A DNA stretch of 64,000 nucleotides from Octopus vulgaris (taxonomy: Eukaryota). This document shows positions 57,617-64,000 of the stretch, in pieces. The notes below the pieces were generated by a model. The model worked only from the letters and a program-made list of their open reading frames with translations, did not search any database and was not told where the DNA came from. Position 1 is the stretch's first letter; every line of letters begins with the position of its first letter. The DNA lies in assembly GCA_951406725.2 (NCBI GenBank), contig OX597826.1:31682001-31746000 (forward strand). Direction: 5' to 3'. The position numbers and the translations under genes were made by a program.

Positions 57617-58305
57617 AATTAAGGACTGAACACGAAAAGTGGACAGTCAACATGCTAGATATAGACGTCAAATCGCCATTCACCACAAAAGATTATGTTC
57701 TCAGATCAAACTCAACACAAAACCATAGCAATAAACAAGTGAAAAATATACGAAATAAAATAATTACCCATGTAGGAAAACTGCAGCCATCATCAGCATG
57801 GTCCGTTATAAATGTAATTTGCTGGACTAGATGCAAACACGATACCGAAATATCGCGTGCATGGATTTCAGCCTATTACATTTGAATATATCTTTCAAAT
57901 GCCTTTACTTTGCGCGTTGAAACCCGAGAAAACTAGCCTGCTGCTAATAATTAGCAGCAGTCAATTAATCGGTTAGAGAACATATTTATTTATATAAAAT
58001 TAATTAAGGGTAGAAATTGATATTTATCAATTAAGACCAGTGGTCTAGCATATTAAAAAAGAATCCGAAGATTAAAATATTTATATATACCAATTAAGGA
58101 CTGAACACGAAAAGTGGACAGTCAACATGCTAGATATAGACGTCAAATCGCCATTCACCACAAAAGATTATGTTCTCAGATCAAACTCAACACAAAACCA
58201 TAGCAATAAACAAGTGAAAAATATACGAAATAAAATAATTACCCATGTACTAAATAACAGCTGAAACTAATTTAGTACATGGGTAATTATTTTATTTCGT
58301 ATATT
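57613..58305. mobile_element. Second tandem/fold-back family (475-nt unit) with split hammerhead halves
   Basis: TACCAATTAAGGACTGAAC at 57613 and 58088; minus-strand CCATG-CTGATGA-TGGCTG at 57801-57784; plus-strand CAGCT-GAAAC-TAATTTA-GTA-CATGG at 58258-58282. Confidence 0.7.
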
Positions 58306-59177
58306 TAATTAATTAATTAGTAATTAATAATGCTACCAAGTTGTGTTCAGCATGTTAAAAGGACCATTTTCGGTAAACTTAAACATTACTTTTTATAATT
58401 ATGAGTATAATTATAATTAGGGTTCAGCAAAAAGAATTTGCTTTGCCACATACCGAACTTTTAGAAATAGCAGCCGAAGAACTTAGCTGAACCCTAATTA
58501 TAATTATAATTATACTCATAATTATAAAAATTAATGTTTATATATATATATTTATATATGCATGTATTTTTGTATGTATGTGTATATATGGATATGTATA
58601 CGTGTATGTGCATATATGCATATTTGTATATATGTATGTATGAGAGTGTGTATATGTATGTATATGTGTGTGTGAATAAGTGTATGTATGCATATGTGTG
58701 TGTATATGCACATATAGGCATATATATGTATGTGTGTATGTGTATTTGCGTATGTATATATACACCATCCTACCTGTGAGAACTGAAGAGGTGACCTCGT
58801 AACCCAGGTCAACTTTTGACAAGAACACATGAAAAGTGACCATTCCTGAATTTTCCATTTGGTTATTCTTGATAAACTCAAATCTTCTCCCCACTGTTCC
58901 CAATTACTATTAATCTTATTTAATATATTTATATTTTCGCTTGATTTAATTACTTTCTTCATTACTTTTTTCTTTTTTCTCTTCTTCTCCTTCCCCTTCT
59001 TCGCCCTCTTTCTTCTTTCATTTTGCTGTTGTTGTTATTGTTGTTGTTGTTGTTGTTTTTGTTGTTGTTGTTGTTGTTGTTGTTCTTCTTCTTCTTCTTC
59101 TTCTTCTTCTTCTTCTTCTTCTTCTTCTTCTTCTTCTTCACACATGCTACTACTGTACATGGCTGGGTTACACTACA

Positions 59178-62060
59178 TCAAGTCTTCAATTTGTTCAAAT
59201 CTTCAAAGGTTTGAGGTAAGCCTTTATCTTTTGTTTCTGGCAGTAAGAGCAAAGACATGCCGGATATAACAGAAAGGGCGCCATAGATACTCAGAGGAAG
59301 CCATTTGACATAGGATGAGAGCAGAAGTATAAAGGGTGCGCATATTCCACCGATCCGGGCACACACTGACGCAACACCTAAACCGTTTGTTCTGAAAGCA
59401 AAAATAATGTAGATTAGTATGTACATATTTCCAGTGGGTTTCAATAATCTTTTATTTGCTTTAATAATTAGATTATACAAATAGAAATGCAGTTAAACAT
59501 GAAGTTTTGATGAGTTTAAGCCTGTAGCATTGAGATATTATTGAAAATATATATTGTCTATCGTCTCTTTGGTAAAGAATTAAAGTTTTATTATTCAGTT
59601 ACACTTAAGTACATAGGTATATACGTGATATAGTGAAATTAGGAATTAATGGTGAGAAGAGCAAATCATAGTCATATAGTTTGTGTAACAAAATAAACAG
59701 CGACATGATATGTTGTCCAAATTACGCGATGATATGATTTAGTCTATTAATTTAATTCAAAATGTCGTGAAGTGATGTGTTTTGGTAAATTCATGGTGAG
59801 ATAAGCAAAAAATATGAAGTAACTTTTTAAAATGGCGAATTCGTGGTGAGAGGATGAACCAATAACAGTTAATGCATCTGGTAGAGACACTGAACTCAAT
59901 TGGATCATATGTAGCTAAGAGATCGCTATGAAACTTACCTAACAATTGTTGGAAATATTTCTGCCGATAAAAGATAAATTGCGGCAAACGCTGCAGAGAT
60001 GCACCACTTTCCCAGAACAACCAGAATAAGAGGAAACCAGAATGAACCTATAATACAATAACAAACCTTAGATAATACAACATATTCCTCATAACATTAA
60101 ATTCCATTCAACATCTATCATTCCGTTTTTGATACAGAGTCCCACTGTTTAGTTATATTTATTATTATAAATATACATCTTAAGGCACATAAATATAGTG
60201 TGTAAGGCAAATATGATTTTCTTTATAAACAAAAAATTTAAAAACATTGATATATTACGTATCATGAACTGCAATATTAACTTTTGGATTCTCTCTATTA
60301 AATCTAGAATTCTCTAGATTAAACGAAGTGCTGGATCATAAGTTATTAAAGTGAAAGTTATTTTGAGCCATTCACTATCCAGGATTTACCGCACAAATTA
60401 TACAGAACTCAAAGTTTGGATAGTTTCAATAAATATTTCTAAATATTTCATGTCAATAAATATTTACTAAAAGTAGTTTATTAAAACTAACAGAGATATA
60501 ATTGTTGAGCAAATGAATTCACCAAAGATAAAACAGACAAAATATCGAATCTAAATAATGTAACTTGAGAAAGTAATTCTATCATGGATTTATTGATTGT
60601 ACAATAAACTGAGCGTACAATCTCATGGTATATTAAAATCCAGAAAGAATATGGTGAGTACGTTCTGTTATTGGGTACGGAACGTTCGTATCTGTGATAT
60701 ACTTTACCTTTAGTTACAAAATTTGATACAATGTAATTTAATCCACTTAATATCATAAGGAGACAAATAGGCTTGCGATGGTCAAAACGTTTAAACAAAT
60801 AATAAGCAAGTAAGAAGCTGGGGAATTCCACAATTTGCATCAAAAGGACGTTAATGTAGCGGTTCCCAGCCATATCAACGGAATTAAGGAGTACACCGTA
60901 GTATAACATACTGCAGACCATCCTGTGAATGAATAAGTTAACATCATATGAATAAATGTGTTGTTTATATTAAACATATGACTAAATGCGTTGTTTATAT
61001 TAGTATTACAAATGACAGGTTTATATTAAAAATATGATATAATATTTCAAACATTTCTGTCAAACACAAATATGTCATACAATACACGTACTCTCTCTCT
61101 CTTTCTCTCTCAACACACACACAATAAATTGCAACTATAACAGATGTTCACCGAATCTTAATCTCAACAAAATACTACAATGGTTTATCGATATCAAAAT
61201 GAACACCAAATAATAAGAATGATTTGTAGGGAACATGTTTGTACATTACTTAAATACATTACGCTCCTGTCGATAATCCACGAACCGTCAATTATTGCTG
61301 ATTGTATGTCTTACAGGATTTTTAACACGTCAAATGTAGGTTGCATCTACCCGACTGATGGTGAGGTTAGTAAGTATTCCTTCATTGATATTGCATTATG
61401 CCCGTCTCAATAACACTTATCCCTTAGTGATAGATCCCGTTTACCAGTACATAATTACTTTGAAACGCCTTAATCACTGAATGTCCAATACATTTAATAT
61501 CTGCATTCTTAGAGTAAAGTACAGCGTATATAATAACATTTATTTCTATAATGCTATTCTTCTAACAAAAGACTTTCGATCCGAGATAATCCTCAGTTCA
61601 TCAATTATATTTATTGAAAAAAAGAAAGTGATAAAAAAGATTTTTAAAGAAATATTTACCAGCAGAAGCAAATATTAAGTGTGATTAATGCAATCCGCCA
61701 TGTTTTAAATAGATCAATAAAAGTATAATTCTTTACTTCGGGTAAATCTTTTCCTTCGGATATATTTTCTTGGAAACTATTCTTGAATAAAGTCTCCTCT
61801 TCGTTATTTGTAAAAATATCTAACATCTCCAGGTGTTCTTTTTTATTTTTCTTCATTATTTTTCGAAAAAGTGCTTTTACTTCTGTAAATCGTTTTCTGC
61901 CAATTAGCCATCGTGGAGATTCATGGAGAAACCTGAAGGTGTTCGATAAAAAGAGGCATGAAAAAAAATATTGGCAGTTAGGTATCGATGTAGGTGATTT
62001 TGTAAACAGGAATAATTTGAACACACGCACGTACACACACACACACACACATACACACAC

Positions 62061-62121
<61 letters not shown>

Positions 62122-62897
62122 CACGCACACACACAAGTACGTGCAGGAAAAACATGATCTCATCTTTGTCTTTTACGAGCTTTTTTGTAAGGACAGGACA
62201 TCAATTCGGGTGTGTACTATGACCAACGGGACAAATTTAACGCAGCGATCGATCAGAAATGCCCAGCATCTGCTAATCCTCTTTCTTTACGATAATGCCA
62301 GATCGTCGATTTCTCTGCAAATGCGGCAGAAGTTACTGTGACTTAACTGGATAGTTTCACCGCACCCCTGTATCTACCTGACCTTGCACTTTCAGATTTC
62401 TACCTTTTTTTGATCTCTTCAAAATTCATTGAATGAACAGAACTTCAAGTCTGAAGTATCCACTATTGTTGATAAAATACATTTATTGTAAACATAGACA
62501 TGCATATCGAACAAATGAAAGGAGGAACATGAAATAAAAAAATATATTAAAATATAGGAAATAGTTTATGTAGAAATGAAACGAAAACGGATCCCAGTTT
62601 TATTCTTAATATTTGGTTTTTATTCTAGCAGGCAGATGTGAGTTGATGGAAAATGACGAAAACATCTTGGCATAAAATTGAAACTATGGACAATAAAAAT
62701 TTTCTAAACAAAAATATACTTTACTCACATCCAAATGAAAAAATTGGTTATAGGCAGGAGGCAAATTATCAATTCTAAATAATGCCAGTCGGATATAACA
62801 TAGGCAAACACTGTTACAAATATTATTCCTGACGAATATAGAGACGCGTACCAAAAACTAATAAGGGTACGTAGTTTTGAAGGCGCAGATTCCACAG
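59178..62897 (-). CDS. SLC22/organic cation transporter-like MFS protein, copy C (last five exons; 5' part beyond window)
   Basis: Exons 62897-62729, 61932-61660, 60922-60708, 60047-59939 and 59391-59178; GT-AG, open frame, nearly identical to copy B. Confidence 0.9.
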
Positions 62898-64000
62898 CTG
62901 AAAAGTTAAGGAAATACATAAATATAGTTTGAATAATGTTTTAACAGTAAATTTAAAATATGTATTAATATATATGATAAAACAATGACTGCATGGAGAC
63001 GGTCAAATGTTCACGTACTGTAACAGTACATTGACATGAAAACTGAATGTAGTGTAATGAGAGTAAGTTATTCTGATAAAACCTGTAGCTTTCTAAATGA
63101 GCAAATATGGGAATAAGGCAAGTCAGTTCAGTACTATATTAATTAAACTGTGGTTTCGTTTAGGACAAAATATAGCTGAGGATTTCCAGAATACCGACGT
63201 CCTGAAGAGGGAGGATTAGGTATGTGCACAATATGGCAGTGAAAGAAGAGAAATTGGTGAGTTGGTACTGTTTGAATGTAAGGGTTACGACACAGACCAT
63301 TTGTGATAAGAAGAATCCATTGAAGGGGCAGTAAATAATGCAGGAAATGAAAACAGTTATCTTTGTCTAGACTTATTGACATAGACTTCAGGTCAGACAT
63401 TTGGATGGCCGTTTTTGGATGCAGTCTAGGATGTTTTTATGTCTTGTAGTAGCATCATCCCAGACATACACCATTATGAGTTCGTGGAAGGATCGTTGTT
63501 GTTGGAACTTAAAATATTCCAAGCGCTGAAGAGTAAGGTCAGTCTTTGTGCTGCTCCTCAGTTGAGAGTGTTCGTTCTTCCACAGTAATCCTCAGTGATG
63601 TGTAATACATATAGAATTCTACGTGTGCCTATATGTGTGATACATATAGAATTTAAGGAGATTCAGAAATATCATTATTTTAAGTGGATGAATTGACTGA
63701 TGCAAACAGATGGAGCTTACTGCACCATTGGACTGCGATGACCACTGTATTACAGAAGACTATAGGATTTGTAAAGTGTGCGCAATATGGGTACCTTGGC
63801 AGCTGAAACTCAATTTGGAAGTAAAGAAAGGTGGAAGTCAGCTCTGATCTGCTTTAAGCGCTTGAAACCAACGAAGACAATTCGCATGTGGGGACAAGGG
63901 AAGAATCGTGAGCGTATCTTTATAATCTGGAAACGAATGTGCTATAACGTAAGGCGAACAATGATATTGTGCTCAGCTAATAACTTTATAAACGAACGAA

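Overview
AT-rich, microsatellite-dense eukaryotic DNA. The SINE, LINE and microsatellite repertoire looks like a coleoid cephalopod, most likely Octopus (inference). The backbone is a minus-strand tandem array of SLC22/organic-cation-transporter-like MFS genes. Two copies are complete: A at 9472-26243 (554 aa) and B at 36070-45741 (553 aa), each with 9 coding exons reconstructed from GT-AG sites and phase. A third copy C (59178-62897) runs off the window end, and a decayed copy lies at 2835-4110. A recent ~20-23 kb tandem duplication (about 25857-41060 vs 45352-64000) exposes filled and empty insertion sites. Mobile DNA includes tRNA-SINEs, Tx1/L1-, CR1/L2-, R4/Dong- and Penelope-like remnants, Helitrons, mariner relics and 5S pseudogenes. 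The most striking signal is a ~490-nt non-coding repeat carrying a complete type I hammerhead ribozyme with an unusually long stem II. It forms tandem-plus-inverted arrays inserted in (TA)n at two unrelated sites (5771-7057 and 55659-57570), with matching outer ends and inversion centres next to the cleavage site. Several other fold-back families in the window carry hammerhead half-sites or a shared terminal hairpin, suggesting a superfamily of ribozyme-bearing, microsatellite-targeted retrozyme/Penelope-like elements. All structures were read by eye; no folding or database search was run.
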